From the NCBI GenBank assembly GCA_951406725.2, contig OX597821.1:8928001-8992000 (forward strand): DNA of 64,000 nucleotides, given 5' to 3'. The position numbers and the translations under genes were made by a program. How positions within the stretch are numbered: position 1 is the first letter of the stretch; each line of letters begins with the position of its first letter. Positions 29,860 through 44,946 of the stretch are shown here, one piece after another. Origin of the DNA: Octopus vulgaris (Eukaryota). Below the pieces are notes generated by a model that saw only the letters and a program-made list of their open reading frames with translations, was not told the origin of the DNA and ran no database searches.

Positions 29860-30290
29860 CCAGAATTATCGTACTAGTATTAATTGCCTTGCTGAAATTA
29901 AGGTATATGACATCAGTGTTTGAGCCTTCTATCAACGTTTTTAAGATGTCACCAAAATACTGCAGAAGCTGCGACATGCAGTCCATACCATCACAGAAAA
30001 CATGCTGGTTGGGGTTCAGCAGATTGATCTCTTCGAGGAAGAGAGTTATTCGCGATCTCACCACCCTCACACATACTTTAATGATGTAAGAGGTGAGGGA
30101 AAAAGGACGTTAGTTCAGTGCAAGAGATTTGTTTCTCTTTTTCAAGACTGGAACGACAGACTGGGAAAGAAAATTATCAGGAATGTAGCCAGTATCAAGT
30201 GAATTTCTCCAGAGCCCAGCTAGAGGGGGTGCAATTTGGTATCAACACATCTTCAGAACAGAATAAATTTGCAATCTATTAATCTCTGAG
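29860..30290 (-). mobile_element. CR1-like LINE RT fragment
   Basis: ORF 29846-30070: LLNPNQHVF.DG.DC.SQLL...NTDVIYLNFSKA (N-terminal RT motifs). Confidence 0.85.
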
Positions 30291-30899
30291 TTTGTAAAAG
30301 AAGGCAAACCTAGAGGAAACCAAAAGACGAATGATCACAATAAGCAGTCAGCTACACTACCTTAGTCGTTACCAGTCCCCAATGTGGAATTCCTCACCAT
30401 TCAGGTGACCAGTACAGCCGTAAGATGCATTACGGATCTATAGCAATTGGAAGAGCGTGACCCAACTCAAATAAACATTAAAAACTGTGTGACGTGAGGG
30501 CTAAGGTGAAATGAACGTATCCCCTTTGGACTTTGCTAATGATTACTATAGCGATAGGTAACTAAACAGAAATTTGCAATCTATTAATTTCTTTGAATGA
30601 CCAATCACTTATAAATGTTAGCATATGGGGACTATCTCTGACCAAGTGATAATAAAAAAACTCAAAGGAGGTCTGCAACCAAATAACGTTACTCAAAACA
30701 ACACTTTGGAACTGAATCAATAGAGGCAAAGATGCCTCTCCTTTACTTGACAATTTATGCACCACATTGAAGAAATCACAATCTAAATATATATCAAAGC
30801 AAACTCTTACAGTGTTGTACCATTGAATTACAAATAACGCTCATCTTGTATCCTCGGGTGATTCTACAGCTTCCAAGACTACAATTGTATTCGTCTTGG

Positions 30900-31688
30900 C
30901 TTAGGAAAAATATCTAAATTGTGTGGGTTATCTCCCATTAAGGGGTCTTACTAACCTCCTAAGGAGTTGAAATTTTAGGAATATTACTTCATTTGTTTCT
31001 AATATCTATGGTTAAAATTTCATCAGCAGCAAAAATACATGAAATTTCATGCGAGTTATGACTTCATTTACGTCCCTTCACTTTCAAACATATACTGCAC
31101 TACATCCGCCTTTATGCTTAGAATATAATTTCCAAATTTCATAAAGATCTATATAATATACTTGACCTTGTTTTGGATCATAAAAAATGACTAAAATTTG
31201 GGAGTTAAGGCCCCCATTAAGGGGTCTTAGAATCCTCATGAAAAGCGGAAACTTTGGGAATACTTCATGATTTGTATCAATTATCTATGGTTGAAATTTC
31301 ATCAACATCAGAAATTTATTTTAATGGGGGTTTTAAGCCCCCTCAAATTCAAACCAAACATACTGCATTATACACACCCTTATGCATTGAAAAATGACTA
31401 AATTTGAGGGTTAGAAATGGAAATTTTGGTTATATTTTAAAATTCATTTTTAATACAGATGGTTCAAATTTCATCAGAATCCGAAGCATATGGATTTTTA
31501 CGGAGGGTTCTGCACCCCAACTCTTTATAACCCCTCAAAATTGTATGAAACATACAACATTACCCTTCTAACTAGGCTTGGGTTTTATGTTCCAAATTGC
31601 ATTAGGATCGACCCAGTAGTTTTCGAGTCTATAAGTAATACACGAACACACGAACACACAAACATTGACTTTCATATTATTTATAACT
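30900..31688 (+). mobile_element. Helentron-like non-autonomous element with internal subrepeats
   Basis: Repeated AAATTTCAT(C/A) motifs, duplicated CCCATTAAGGGGTCTTA (~30935, ~31214), and a 3' end CACGAACACACAAACATTGACTTTCATATTATTTATA typical of DINE-1/HINE-like repeats. Confidence 0.5.
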
Positions 31689-31699
31689 GAGGAAAAATT

Positions 31700-32225
31700 C
31701 GGACTGGCGCTAGAGCCTGCGTTCGGATGCTTTCTTTTCCCGGGATGAAAAGGGAATGTTACATCGCTTCAGATTGTGTTTTAGTTTGTCTTTGAAGTGC
31801 AATAGCAGCCTTCCAACTGATTCTCTTGTTGGGAAAAAAGAGAAGTTGCTTCGGATTTCTGATATCACTCATACGTGAGAGGTGACCAGATCATCACAGC
31901 TGCATTTTGATGACGAGGGCGTCAATACCTGATAAATTACATTTTCTCCGAAACTCACGGTTAAAAATATGGTTATTCGGGTAATATATTGGAGATAGTA
32001 TGCAAGCATCGTATATGAAAAGCGTTAAAGTGGTGGATGTGTTTCGGTATAGATTCAACACCCTAAAGCAATGCTGTCAAACTCACCGACTTGTACACAT
32101 CGTCTTTCACCTTCACAGATACATCGTGGATGTTGCAAAGCCTGTGGTAGAACTTACCGAATGTGGAACTAGCCTTCCCGATTTTGGACTCAATTTCATT
32201 ATCCCTCATTGGAAATAATGGGATC
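31700..32225 (-). mobile_element. RTE-like LINE 3' fragment
   Basis: Minus strand NEIESKIGKASSTFGK...VYKSVSLTALL...FHIRCL and FKDKLKHNLKRCNI. Confidence 0.75.
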
Positions 32226-32267
32226 AAAATAAGTGAAAGAGGAAACAGTTTTTAACGTCAGAAGATG

Positions 32268-32301
<34 letters not shown>

Positions 32302-32336
32302 ATGTATGTATATATGTGTGTGTGAATGTATGTATG

Positions 32337-32367
<31 letters not shown>

Positions 32368-32379
32368 ATTCACACACAG

Positions 32380-32432
<53 letters not shown>

Positions 32433-32446
32433 AGGAAAAAGACAAG

Positions 32447-33353
32447 GTAGAAAATTCTAAAATAAGTTTATTATGAAGTACATTTTAATATCGGTTTTCG
32501 TCGTTTAGGCTTTTTCGACTAAGTATGAAATAAGGAAAACAATTAAATTGGGAAAAAAGACAAATTAAATGTTTTTTAAATATTTCCATAGTCTTCCAAT
32601 AGGATTACGGTACATAGATCCAAGATTAAAATACGAGAATACAGAAAAATAGGATTAAACGTGCAAATGGATATTTGCGCCACATAGGAACAACCCAACT
32701 TAGAATTTTTCCCCTCTATAAATTTAGGGACAATGTAACCTATAATCAGCACATTAGCAAAGAAGCATATTTTATCGCAAAATATAAACCTATTTTGAAT
32801 GACTCCACCACAAATGAAACAACTACAAGAATTTAGAACAATTGCCATCACTACTGCTATGACTACAACAGGTCACTTTTAGGTCATTTGACCATTAAAG
32901 AAGATTCCTCGAACCATTTACTGTCACAGCACTCCTGTATTTTTCTTTTCTTTCTCCTTCTTCCTCTTCTTTCTTTATTTTACTTCTCCTCCCTCCTCCT
33001 CCTCCTCCTCCTCCTCCTTCTTCTTCCTCCTCAGCTGCTCCTGCCTAAACCATCAATTCGCTGTACTCATACACTTTTCCTTCAAATATACTACTACCTA
33101 CCTACCAAGAATTCACAAAGGAAGAGAGAGAGAGAGAAAGAGAGACGGAGAGAGACGGAGAGAGACATAGTATCTGAAGACCATAGAAATATTTACCTAT
33201 TTGAAAACTATGGAAATATTTACAAAGCATTTCAATTAATTTTTTTCTCCAGTTTAATTGTTTTTCTTATTTTACTCTTAATTGAAAAAGTCTAAACGAC
33301 GGAAACCGTTATTACAATGCAGTTCATGATAAAATTATTTTAGAGTTTTCTAC
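32447..33353. repeat. Diverged inverted repeat, ~160-bp arms (32447-32605 and ~33190-33353)
   Basis: The reverse complement of the right arm aligns by eye with the left arm (GTAGAAAA.TCTAAAATAA...GTCGTTTAG.CTTTTTC...AAATATTTCCATAGT). Confidence 0.85.
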
Positions 33354-35149
33354 TTTGTGTTCTTTCCCTATACATAACTCGTCTGTAACTTTTCTACCTT
33401 CTACACTCACACACACACACAAACACACACACACACACACACGCACACACACACACACACAGGCACACACACATAAACACGCACACACACGCACAGAGTC
33501 TCTCTCTCTCTATCACACACACACATACACACATACACAAGGAGGAAATCTCAGAGACTTGCGAGGTGTAAATGTGGAGGTCTTCAAAGAGCATCGGGAG
33601 ATATTACCAGATGTGTCCAAATCGCGGCAGAAATCACGAAGAAGAGCAGTTCCATCCAACTAACTACTTTACCAAAAACCAGTAAATAAAAGAAACCTAA
33701 ACATACAGAAAGGCACTACTTCCCGCCTATAATATATATATATATATACAAGTACATTAAAAGGTTTCCAATAAAGAAGCAAGTGCTAGATACACAAAGA
33801 GGGGATAAATTCATGAAATGGAAAGACAATTAAAAACGTTTACCATCTCAGCCAATCTTGTACTGCAGTTTCGTCTTTTTTTTTTTAGCAAATGGATAGA
33901 ATTCATCTGCCAAGGCCAGATATATATATATAAATGATAGAAAATGGAAATATATTATTATCAATACAAAGTTTAAAATTTATTAACATAATTCTATATA
34001 ATATTATGTTCTTATAATAATATAATATAGTATATAATAAATATCAAATACAAATTACATACAATTGTTTCGATTTTTACCCATAAAAAAGTTATAAAAA
34101 TCCATTGTTTGTAGGTATGAATCTCTTCAGTGTAATTTTTGATTGATAAGGATTCATAGATCCAAGAAAAGAGTGAATTTAAATATTTTCATGTTTTCAA
34201 TCGTGAGCGCTAATAATTGAAAACAAAATAAATATAAAAAATGTAAAATAATATAACGTTCATAGAATACATTTGTATATTGTTAAGTATTCTAATATAA
34301 GTATATCAGCGCATTATTTTTTTTATACCAGGAACAATATTTTTAGAAATATTTTTCTTTTAAATATTAATACAAAAACCATGGCGGAAAATGAAATATC
34401 GCGTTCATTCTTTTATATTATTAAAAATACATGTTATTACAGTAACAGTACACTTTTTTATCTATGGGTAAATAGCAAAATAATATATTTAAGTTACTAT
34501 ATCATCTCTAGTCAAGTAGCAAATAATATTATAAATTACATTGCATTAATTATTTAAAATAATCATAACTAAAATTCAAAGGTTAATAATTAAAAATTAT
34601 ATAGTTTATATAAGAAAGAAACTTCGTAAAAAATATCATAAGATTATTGCAGTAGAAGTTTAAAAGAAACTCTGAATTAACCAGTTATCCGGAAGCAATT
34701 TAATGAAAAGGACTTCGTAAATGTCCTTTTGTTAATTATTCATTTTCATATCAAAAAATGATGCTAAAATTAAAATTAAAATTAAATGTTTTTTAGAGGA
34801 AAAAATCTTATATTACGTTTATATACATTTATACTTACGGAAAAATAGAAAGGATATAATTTCACAAAGGTGATTTACTAAGTATGTTTTTAATATGGTG
34901 TATAATAATTATTATTCATGCAAGAATAATTTTTATCTAAACTAATTTTTATATTATCAAATGAGATTTTTTTTTATTTTCAGGGGAAATAATTCAGTTT
35001 AAATTAATATGTTTATAATTTAGTACATTCGTAACAATATTAGAAATATATAAAACTTACAATAGGCTCTACTTTAAAATTTAATATAAATTTATATAAT
35101 TACATCTAACATCATTCAAGATACAACACTTTGAAGAGAAACTAACATG

Positions 35150-37745
35150 GACGATACAACTACCATACAACCACCCAATAACTAAACAGTTTGACATGTC
35201 TGAATCGAATGATGAATGACAGATACATAGATGATGATCAACTAACAAGAAACGTAAGAGTGTACGGAGGAGTACAACTAGATACAGATGAACTCGCTGT
35301 CCTAGAACTCCCTCCGAAGTTTGCCATATATAATATGGTTAGAAAGATATCAATACTGTCAGACATTGAGAAATGCTTCACCAAACTAAGATGGAGAACA
35401 CACTTTAACCACAACCAAAAAATCCTGATATTCATGGCACATCTGACAAAAATCATTCATACGTGACATACCGTTTGACATGAAAAGGGTCTGCCCTACC
35501 AACTTATCCTTCAGCAAAGGAGTATGCATACCACCCTATGCTGACATTGCTTTAAAAGCAAAGTTTACCCTAACTAAGTCAAAACTACTGTCTGCTTTCT
35601 CTGACCACACCCAAAGGCATAAACTGAAACGTACAAAAAATAAGACCTATGATCTTGACACCAAAATTAAGAAAGGTCTTAACAAATTAAAAGGATAGAG
35701 AAATTGTATGTTTCCCGACTGACAAATCAGGCGGAATGTATGTTGATAACGTATCAAGCTATATTTCGAACATGCAACCACACACCAGAGACAAGATAGA
35801 GACAACTACACTCGAATGCTCAAATGGGAATGTTGTGTATCATTCTCCAGTCCGAGAAACGTACAGCGAACAATTCCATAACCAACAACAATGAAATCCC
35901 ACCCCTATATGGCCTTCGAAAAATCATAAGAGCTACACAAATCATGCACTTGGTCCACCTACCCGACCCGTTTGTGGTGCCAACAATGCTAACAATCACA
36001 AAATATATTTTCTTTCACAATTCCGTCGACCCTTAATAGAGTTATCTATAGATGTATGTGATGGAACTGAAGATCCCGTTTGCAGGATCCGTATATGCAA
36101 CACCACATGTGACCTCAGTGACCACATCGTAGGTAGCATGGATGTGGTATCACTATATCCTTCTATTGATGTTGACTTTGCTATTGAAAAATATATAAGA
36201 GTTAACTTGTAAGAGCAATATATTATTTAAAAATGTGGATATATTTGCATTACGTCTCTTACTGACCCTAACTTGTACCGACGAATATCTGTCACGCAAT
36301 AACCTGGTATATGCTTGTCCCACCCGTAACAAACGAGGTAGACCGTCTACTATTATTCCAGCATACAAAATGACCCACAGTGAACGCTGGCACGGATGGA
36401 CAAAACCAGATCACCCACTTTCGGTACACACGACATCAGAACCACTGTAGCACACGCTATCGGAGCCAGCCTTAGAGCTACTCTTAAAAACCATATTTTT
36501 AAGTTTAATAATAAACTATATAAATGAAATGAAATGAACTATATAGATGAAAGGTGGTGGGGATCGCCGGTGATGCTGCCAACCTCTTCATGGTATGGTG
36601 GGGCAGGCATTTTAAGCAGTGACTAGTGACCCGTAACATCCACTCAACTATGTATTCTCGATACGTTGAAGACATTACCCTTGTGAAAAGTAATAGTAAT
36701 ACAGATATCGACACTCTACTAAATGAAGAACAGATGATGACAACTATACAACACATAGCTGACTCTATCCATAGCAGTATAAAGGTTACTGTAGACTACC
36801 CCCATAAACACCCAAGAAATAGATTACCTGTCGTAGATACTGAGTTGTGGATAGAATATACTATGATTAACGGAACTGTTAAACCCTCTTTACTCCACTC
36901 ACACTATTTTAAACCTATGGCTAATCCACTGATAATCCGTAGTTACTCAGCGATGTCAAGTACTACCAACATTAGCATCTTCGTGGCAGACTTAGGTTAA
37001 TGAGGAACGTATCCCCACTATGCCAGCCACGAGAACGGCAACAACACATCTAGCACTACATATTCCGAATGCAACGTTCCGGTTGCACACAGTACGATAG
37101 AATCAGAGTGTACAAAGGAGCGAAAACAAGATTCGAACGCATTCTAAGAGATGATGAAAAGAGCATATGCCCCCTATACCGCAACAAGTTCTGGAATAGG
37201 TTGGAGAGGGACACCAACAATATAAATAAAACCAATATTTGGTATGATAACAGGAAGTTTTACAGTGTAATGTTTGTTGACGCTACACCTAGGAACGAAT
37301 TAAGTAGTGCATTTAAGAAAATCTTGCACACAACCGGCCTTAAGATCAAAGTTGTAGATAACACAGGTAGGACTATCAAATCTGCATTAAGTACATCACA
37401 CCCATTTGATAGAATCACGTGTCAGAATAATTGTACAGTATGTTCTATAAACCCACATATGAACTGCAGAAAAGAAAGGGACTTGCACTATTATCCCGGA
37501 GTCATATATTGGAGAGACCTCTAGGAGCATCGATGACAAGTTCAAAGACAACACATGGACAACTAAATTTAAAAAAACAAACAAACAAACTCCATCTTCT
37601 ATCAGCATGCTGTAGACTGTCACAATGGCTCCTTAGGAGACTTAGTTTAGAATATTATGTACACATCCAACTGATGCAATGCTAAGACAAACCCCTGAAC
37701 CTGTCTGTATACAGGAATTCAAACCCATCCTCAACCGTAAACCCT
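35150..37745 (+). mobile_element. Decayed Penelope-like element (RT + GIY-YIG endonuclease)
   Basis: VLELPPKFA; FPTDKSG; PPLYGLRK; VGSMDVVSLYPSID; YSRYVEDI (YVDD); LP.VDTELWI; HYFKPMA; C-terminal YIGETSRSIDDKFK. Many stops and frameshifts. Confidence 0.9.
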
Positions 37746-38352
37746 AATGGTGTAACAGCCAGATTCCACTCGGCAGTACCCATCTATAATCACCCCCTTT
37801 TTCTCATTTACATGTAGAAATCCATACGTACGTGTTGAGATGCAAGATATTGAAATATACATAATTATATATGATCGTATGAATGTACAAAGATTAATAT
37901 ATATGTACGTATGTATAGATGCATGTGTATTTTTGCGTACTTGTGTATGTATGTGTGTACGTGTGCATGTATGTGCTGTGTAAGTAATGTGTGTATGAGT
38001 GTGTAGATGCATGCACGAGTATGGGTGTAGATATATGTATCTATTATATATATATATATACATGCATGTAATCACATATATATGTATATGTCTATGTATA
38101 ATAAAATAAAAATAAAAATAAATTGAAAAAATAAAATAATTGAATTTTAACCGTTGTCTGCGAAAATTGCGACATATATATATGGATAAGCGTATATATG
38201 TGTATACTTTAAGAGTACACGTATATATGCGAGTGGGTATATATGTTTATATTATTCTGTGTGCTTGTACATGTGTATAGGCATGTTTATATTTGCATGT
38301 ATGTATCTAAGACGTATCCATTCCTGTTAGACGGTGGTGAGAGGAACACATG

Positions 38353-38411
<59 letters not shown>

Positions 38412-39132
38412 TTGTAAATATATATATGTATATATATATGTATATATATGCATATATATATATATATATGTGTGTGCGTGTGTGAGTGTATACAACCTTC
38501 GACTTAGTAACAGTCATATATACAACTTGAACAAACACACATATCAGTACATAGGCATACGTTCACATGTACATACACATATACACACACACACAGAGAC
38601 ACGTTTACACACTTACATACCTAAATACTCACATACATACATAAGTACATACGTGCATACATATATACATATATACATATGTTCTTATAGGCATGTACAC
38701 ATATGCATACGCACATTCTTAGATGCACACATACATACATACATACATACATACATATCATGAACTAACTGTTACTTTCTCAGACGCAGCACGTCAGTGA
38801 AAAGTTCGCGGTCTCAAAGCGACGGAAATATTTTGACAAATTAAATTTGAATGTTGAAGTAAATCTAACAATTTTTGTGTTTTAAATGGCTTATAAACCC
38901 CTTCCACACTGCATTATAAAATAACATAACTTTAAAACTTCCTAATGACTTCAATATCATTATCATAATTACTCTTTTCCTGTAATAAAGTTATTTTATT
39001 AGAGGAATATAATATATGGTAATACTTATAATATACACACTCGTATATATATAATACATATAGACACACACATACATGTTTACATAAATACATATACACA
39101 TATATACATATACATAGATATATAGATACATA

Positions 39133-39262
<130 letters not shown>

Positions 39263-39380
39263 AATACACATGACAATACATAATACATATAAGTATTCAT
39301 TTACACAAATATATAGGACTATAGATAATTGATAAAAATAAGTTAACATACATATATATAGATATCAATGCACACACACA

Positions 39381-39487
<107 letters not shown>

Positions 39488-39845
39488 GTATATATACGTA
39501 CATATACACTGATAGACTTATACTTGCATATATATCCAGATAAATATATATAATGATAAATATAAAAGTAAAAGAAAAAATAAATTTATAATTATATTTA
39601 TAAGTTTTACAAATTTAAAGCCTCCTAAATATTTAAAATAATCATAGCTAATATAGAATTATAATATAATATATGGAATTTAACTAAATGCTATTATAAG
39701 ATAATTTACTTACAGCATACTTTTAGATTAGTAAATATTCAGTGTGATATTTATTTAATATAATATTGATAATAAATATGATTCTAATCTATTTACTAAA
39801 TAATAATAATATTTGTATACATACATACACTTATATATATGTATA

Positions 39846-39918
<73 letters not shown>

Positions 39919-40128
39919 ACATTTATATATATGTACATAGACATGCATACACATACATATACATATTTACATATATACATACATGCATACTTCTACATAC
40001 ATTGACACACACATACATATAAATACACACACATACATATATGCACACATTCTAAAGATTATATAAAATTATAACATTTGTTTATCTAAAATAGTTTCTA
40101 CTTTAATACACAATAATCCTCCAAATAA

Positions 40129-42430
40129 TCAATTCAATTTAATTATATTTTCTAAACACTTATCTTGAAGAGTGTTTACAAGATAAAATACGTCCTTGTT
40201 AAGAAGTTTTGTTTTTATTATTGATTTGAAAATTTGATATATTTCATCGACACTCAGGTTACATTTATTATCACCAATTTTATAAGATCTAGTATGACTA
40301 AGTATTTGCCATTTAAGGTTATATAATTTATTATACCTTAGCTTCCATATGAATTTACTTGAACTGGTGCTGCACGACTTATTTCTGCTTCTAAAAGTAT
40401 ATACATGGTTTAAAATACGCCGTGTAATAAAACTTTTGGTTGACCTAATATAAAAATTACTATTTCCTTTAGATTCTACCCTACATCTGTATATAAGGTT
40501 AGTTTGGATGCAAAAATCACTGAAATAACATTTATCCTTAATCACAAGTTCTAGCAGCACGTTTGCGATCAAGTCCATTGTTAGTGTTAGTAATTAAAGT
40601 ATCATTATTTCTATTACCATAAAAATGATCTAATTTATTGTTATTAATCGAAGAGATAGTTCTAAATAGTTTTTTTAGATACTGAGAAACCAATTGTAAC
40701 CGTTTTATTATTAACTATTTCATTATACTTATTTTCTTCTTAAAATGTTTTAGATATAGATCTGTAAAAAAGATTTAACCAAATTAGCTTTATTTTTCTA
40801 GCGAAAGGAATAATAAACCAAATACTGTTGTCTTTTTTCAAAGTTATCATCATCCGATTTATCAAAATTAACATATGGGATATATTTCCTACTCTTATAT
40901 TTAAACTTCTTCTTCTTCTTCTTTTTCTTCTTCTTCTTCTTTAAAAGATTCATATTATTGGTATTAATTTTAGAATATAGATCTACACTACATTTACTCC
41001 AGTCTTAATTTGTATATTATTAGGTCCAATAGTAGTCAATTTATTAATAATAGTATCATCCTTATTTTTATGAGGCTCACTAAGTTTAAGTTTATTACTC
41101 ACACCACTAACATTATATTTACCCAATCCGTTGTGTCTCGATTTAGTGTTATTGAAATTTTTACTGTCTTTATCCTTTTTACATTGCACAATCTTATGTA
41201 TATATCGCACTTTCTTAAGGGCTACATTATAGTATTCAGCATTACAATTGAAAATTTCCTTCTTAGAAGATAAAAATGAAATTCGTCTCGAAATATTTTC
41301 AACCAAAGACGTGTAACTGCTTTAGGATGATTACTATTAAAATTAGTATACTTGAAGTTAGTATTAGATTTATGATATGGTCTATATTGGCTTGTAAGAG
41401 GATTCATATTATCATCTAAATAATTAGTAGAATCAGGTTCGTTTTCAATAGTAACAGATAGACCAAATCCATGAAGTCTTTTCATATACAAATCCAATTT
41501 CCTATTTGACAGGGTGTTAATTAAAAACAATGCATCGTCCCTATGTAATCCACCTTTAAGTTCCAGAAATTCACTATGTAAATAAAACAGAATGTATATC
41601 CCTACAAGATCAGTAATGTGGCTAAATCAGTTGATCCCATAATAATATCAAAACTATCATAAAAATTTTTTATGACCCTGTATTAATAATCAAATATAAT
41701 TACTGATTTTCTTGCTTCTAAAATTATTTTAATTTCTTTTAAAGTAAGGTTAGATCTATTTTAGCAAGCAAAAGAACCTGATTAAGAACTATAGTATTTA
41801 TAGATGAATAATAATTATCAATACCTATTTGTATTTACTTTTATTTTTATAATCTACTCTAACAAACTAATTAATAGCTTCCTGCATATTTAGCCATAGT
41901 TCAAGTTTCAATTTTCTCATAAGTTTCGGTAAATATTTATCTAAAATACTTTTACTTAATTTACCTTGGTCAGATCGGCCTGGGCAAATCAATATAACTT
42001 GAAATTTAGAATAGAAGTTATCTTATGATCTTTTAAAGTTATTCTTGGCCTCATAGGCACAAATGGATCTGTCCTGTCATCAAGTTCATAATTCTCCATA
42101 GTCTTCTTAGCTTTTAAGTTAATAGACAGTAAAATCTTTCTACTTACTACCTTATACTTACTAGTTATTTCATTTTTAATTAGGTCATTGTATTTTAATA
42201 TATCGATATTAAACAATTTTCCGGTTTTATGTGATTGAACAATAATTCCATTTTTTGTTTAAGGTCAGATACTAAAGTTCTCATATTCCTTAAATGTTTA
42301 TGCCCCCTAAGGTGATAGTTAATAAATTTAACAATTTTAATTAGAGACCATAAGTCATTCTCAAATGCCGCCAAATGGGGGTTCGGTGGTGGTACAAGAA
42401 TGTCTTTTAATGGAACGTCAATTGGTAACT
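40129..42430 (-). mobile_element. Decayed Penelope-like element of a second family, convergent with the first
   Basis: Minus strand: PRITLKDHK; ITDLVGIYILF; GGLHRDDALF; YRPYHKSN..FKY.N..SNHP; GIY-YIG region NLIYRCRV...FYIRST...KWQIL...KCNL (ORF 40129-40578). Confidence 0.88.
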
Positions 42431-42503
42431 TCTCCATTTTACCAGCGAAAAACAATATAAATATTATCACACAAGTAATATTTTAAATTAAATCCAATGC
42501 AAG

Positions 42504-42565
<62 letters not shown>

Positions 42566-43310
42566 GTACGTACGTGTGTATGTATGCATGTATTATGTAT
42601 GTATGTTTGTGCTTGTGTAGAAATGCATGAGGAGGATAACTGGTGATATATTTGACTTGGAAAAGATTATATTCAAAGTCCACCGCCGTCTCAGCTGCTT
42701 CTGCGAACTCTGCCGCCGCCGCTGCTGTCACTGCCGCTGGTATTGCTCTTGTCGTTGCTGATAATATTGACGTGGATTATGAAAGTGAAGTAGAATAAAT
42801 CAAAAACAATGCCAAAAATATGTACGTTTTTTGAAACGTGTTGAAATGATCGAGAGGGGAAATGGATAAGTTCTTTGCTCAGCTTCCAGTACATCTTTCG
42901 GGTTAATTCGGCATCATCACATAAACTAACAGACACAATTGTTTTGTTAAGATCGAAATTGTGTCCCAAAGTCACGAATATCATTTAAATCCGATATTTG
43001 AGCCTCCAAAATGTTTTTCGTACTCTAACACTATGCACATCTTTTCTACTGTGTGTGAATGTGTGTAAACATGTGTCTGAGTCCATGTGTGAAATAGAGA
43101 CGGGGTAAATATATATACGCACGTACTGACATATTAAATTTTACTTTATCACATAGGGGCAGTGGATTGGATCAAATTCTTGTGATTGAGTGTGTGAAAG
43201 TGTGTGAATGTGCGTGCTTGCGAGCATGCTTGCGTGTGTGTCTGTGCGCGCTCGTGTGTATGCCTGTCTATCTAAATCAATACAGGTATATATATGTGTA
43301 TATATGTACG

Positions 43311-43358
<48 letters not shown>

Positions 43359-43464
43359 TGCATATAAATACATGCATGTATAAATATATATTTATCTATA
43401 TGCATATATATATGTACAAATAATATGTATATATATATACACATATGCATACATATATACATCC

Positions 43465-43539
<75 letters not shown>

Positions 43540-43684
43540 GATATATATGCATACATATATATTCAAACTTAGGTATTTGCATATCTCTATAAATATAAAT
43601 ATATATATAAATATATATATATATATACCATTATACCTATATAAATATATATTTACACACACACACAAGCACACACACACACAC

Positions 43685-43762
<78 letters not shown>

Positions 43763-44084
43763 GGAGAGAGAGAGAGAAGCCCACACATACATACTTACGT
43801 AAATATATGTATGTGGGTATGTGTGAAGGTGCGTTTTGTGTCTTTTGTTCTAATCTTTAATACTGATCAGTTAGAAAGAAAATGTCTGAGAATAATGGTG
43901 AACATATTCTGAAGATGTAAACATTGTCTCAACTGATACAATGTTTCCCATTTGACGATAAGACCGCTATTGCCTTCATACGTACATACATACATATACG
44001 TATATATGTGTATGTGTGTATGTATGTATGTATGTATGTATGTATGTATGTGTGTATATACATACATATATAAATGTATATGTG

Positions 44085-44138
<54 letters not shown>

Positions 44139-44222
44139 ATATATATATAAATATATATATATATACACATACATTTATATATTATGTATATATATATATA
44201 TATATACATTTATAAATGTATG

Positions 44223-44261
<39 letters not shown>

Positions 44262-44275
44262 TATTATATAGAAGG

Positions 44276-44326
44276 AGCTTCTACAGGACTGGAACTGTTT
44301 CATTCAAGAGAAATCTTCAGGAAGCT
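44276..44326 (-). ncRNA. Type I hammerhead ribozyme motif (minimal, PLE-type)
   Basis: Minus strand: AGCUUC-CUGAAGA-uUUCucuuGAAu-GAAA-CAGuuccagucCUG-UA-GAAGCU; 6-bp stem I, weak stem II, GUA cleavage triplet. Confidence 0.65.
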
Positions 44327-44895
44327 AGTTAACAAGAATTGTATTGACATTTATACATTTAGGCAGGTTTAAAGGGGTGTTGGTGGGGGACTTTTTGGGG
44401 GTAGGCATAGCGCAAAATATCATACTTGGGGGAGTGGTCAAGGAGTCAGTGTTAAATTAGATAGAAGAATAAATAAAAAAATAAAAAAATATATATATAA
44501 AAAAAGGGAATAGAGTTTTAGGTAAATAAGGGGATTCTCACTTATACAAACATATATACATATACAAACACACATACATACACACACACATATATACATA
44601 TACACATATACACATGTTTGTATATGTATATATGTTTGTATGTGTGTGTATATATGTATACATATGTGCATAGGTATAAGTGAGAATCCCCTTATTTACC
44701 TAAAACTCTATTCCCTTTTTTTTATATATATATTTTTTTATTTTTTTATTTATTCTTCTATCTAATTTAACACTGACTCCTTGACCACTACCCCAAGTAT
44801 GATATTTTGCGCTATGCCTACCCCCAAAAAGTCCCCCACCAACACCCCTTTAAACCTGCCTAAATGTATAAATGCCAATACAATTCTTGTTAACT

Positions 44896-44946
44896 AGCTT
44901 CCTGAAGATTTCTCTTGAATGAAACAGTTCTAGTCCTGTAGAAGCT
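44896..44946 (+). ncRNA. Type I hammerhead ribozyme motif (minimal, PLE-type)
   Basis: AGCTTC (44896-901), CTGAAGA (44902-08), TTTCTCTTGAAT, GAAA (44921-24), CAG-TTCTAGTC-CTG, TA, GAAGCT (44941-46). Predicted cut after 44940. Stem II starts with a U-U mismatch. Confidence 0.7.

Noticed and set aside
38775-38915. Hammerhead downstream of the first PLE (also weak candidates at ~10260-10300, ~27655-27690, ~43905-43960)
   Set aside because: Cores and stems too degraded to support a call.
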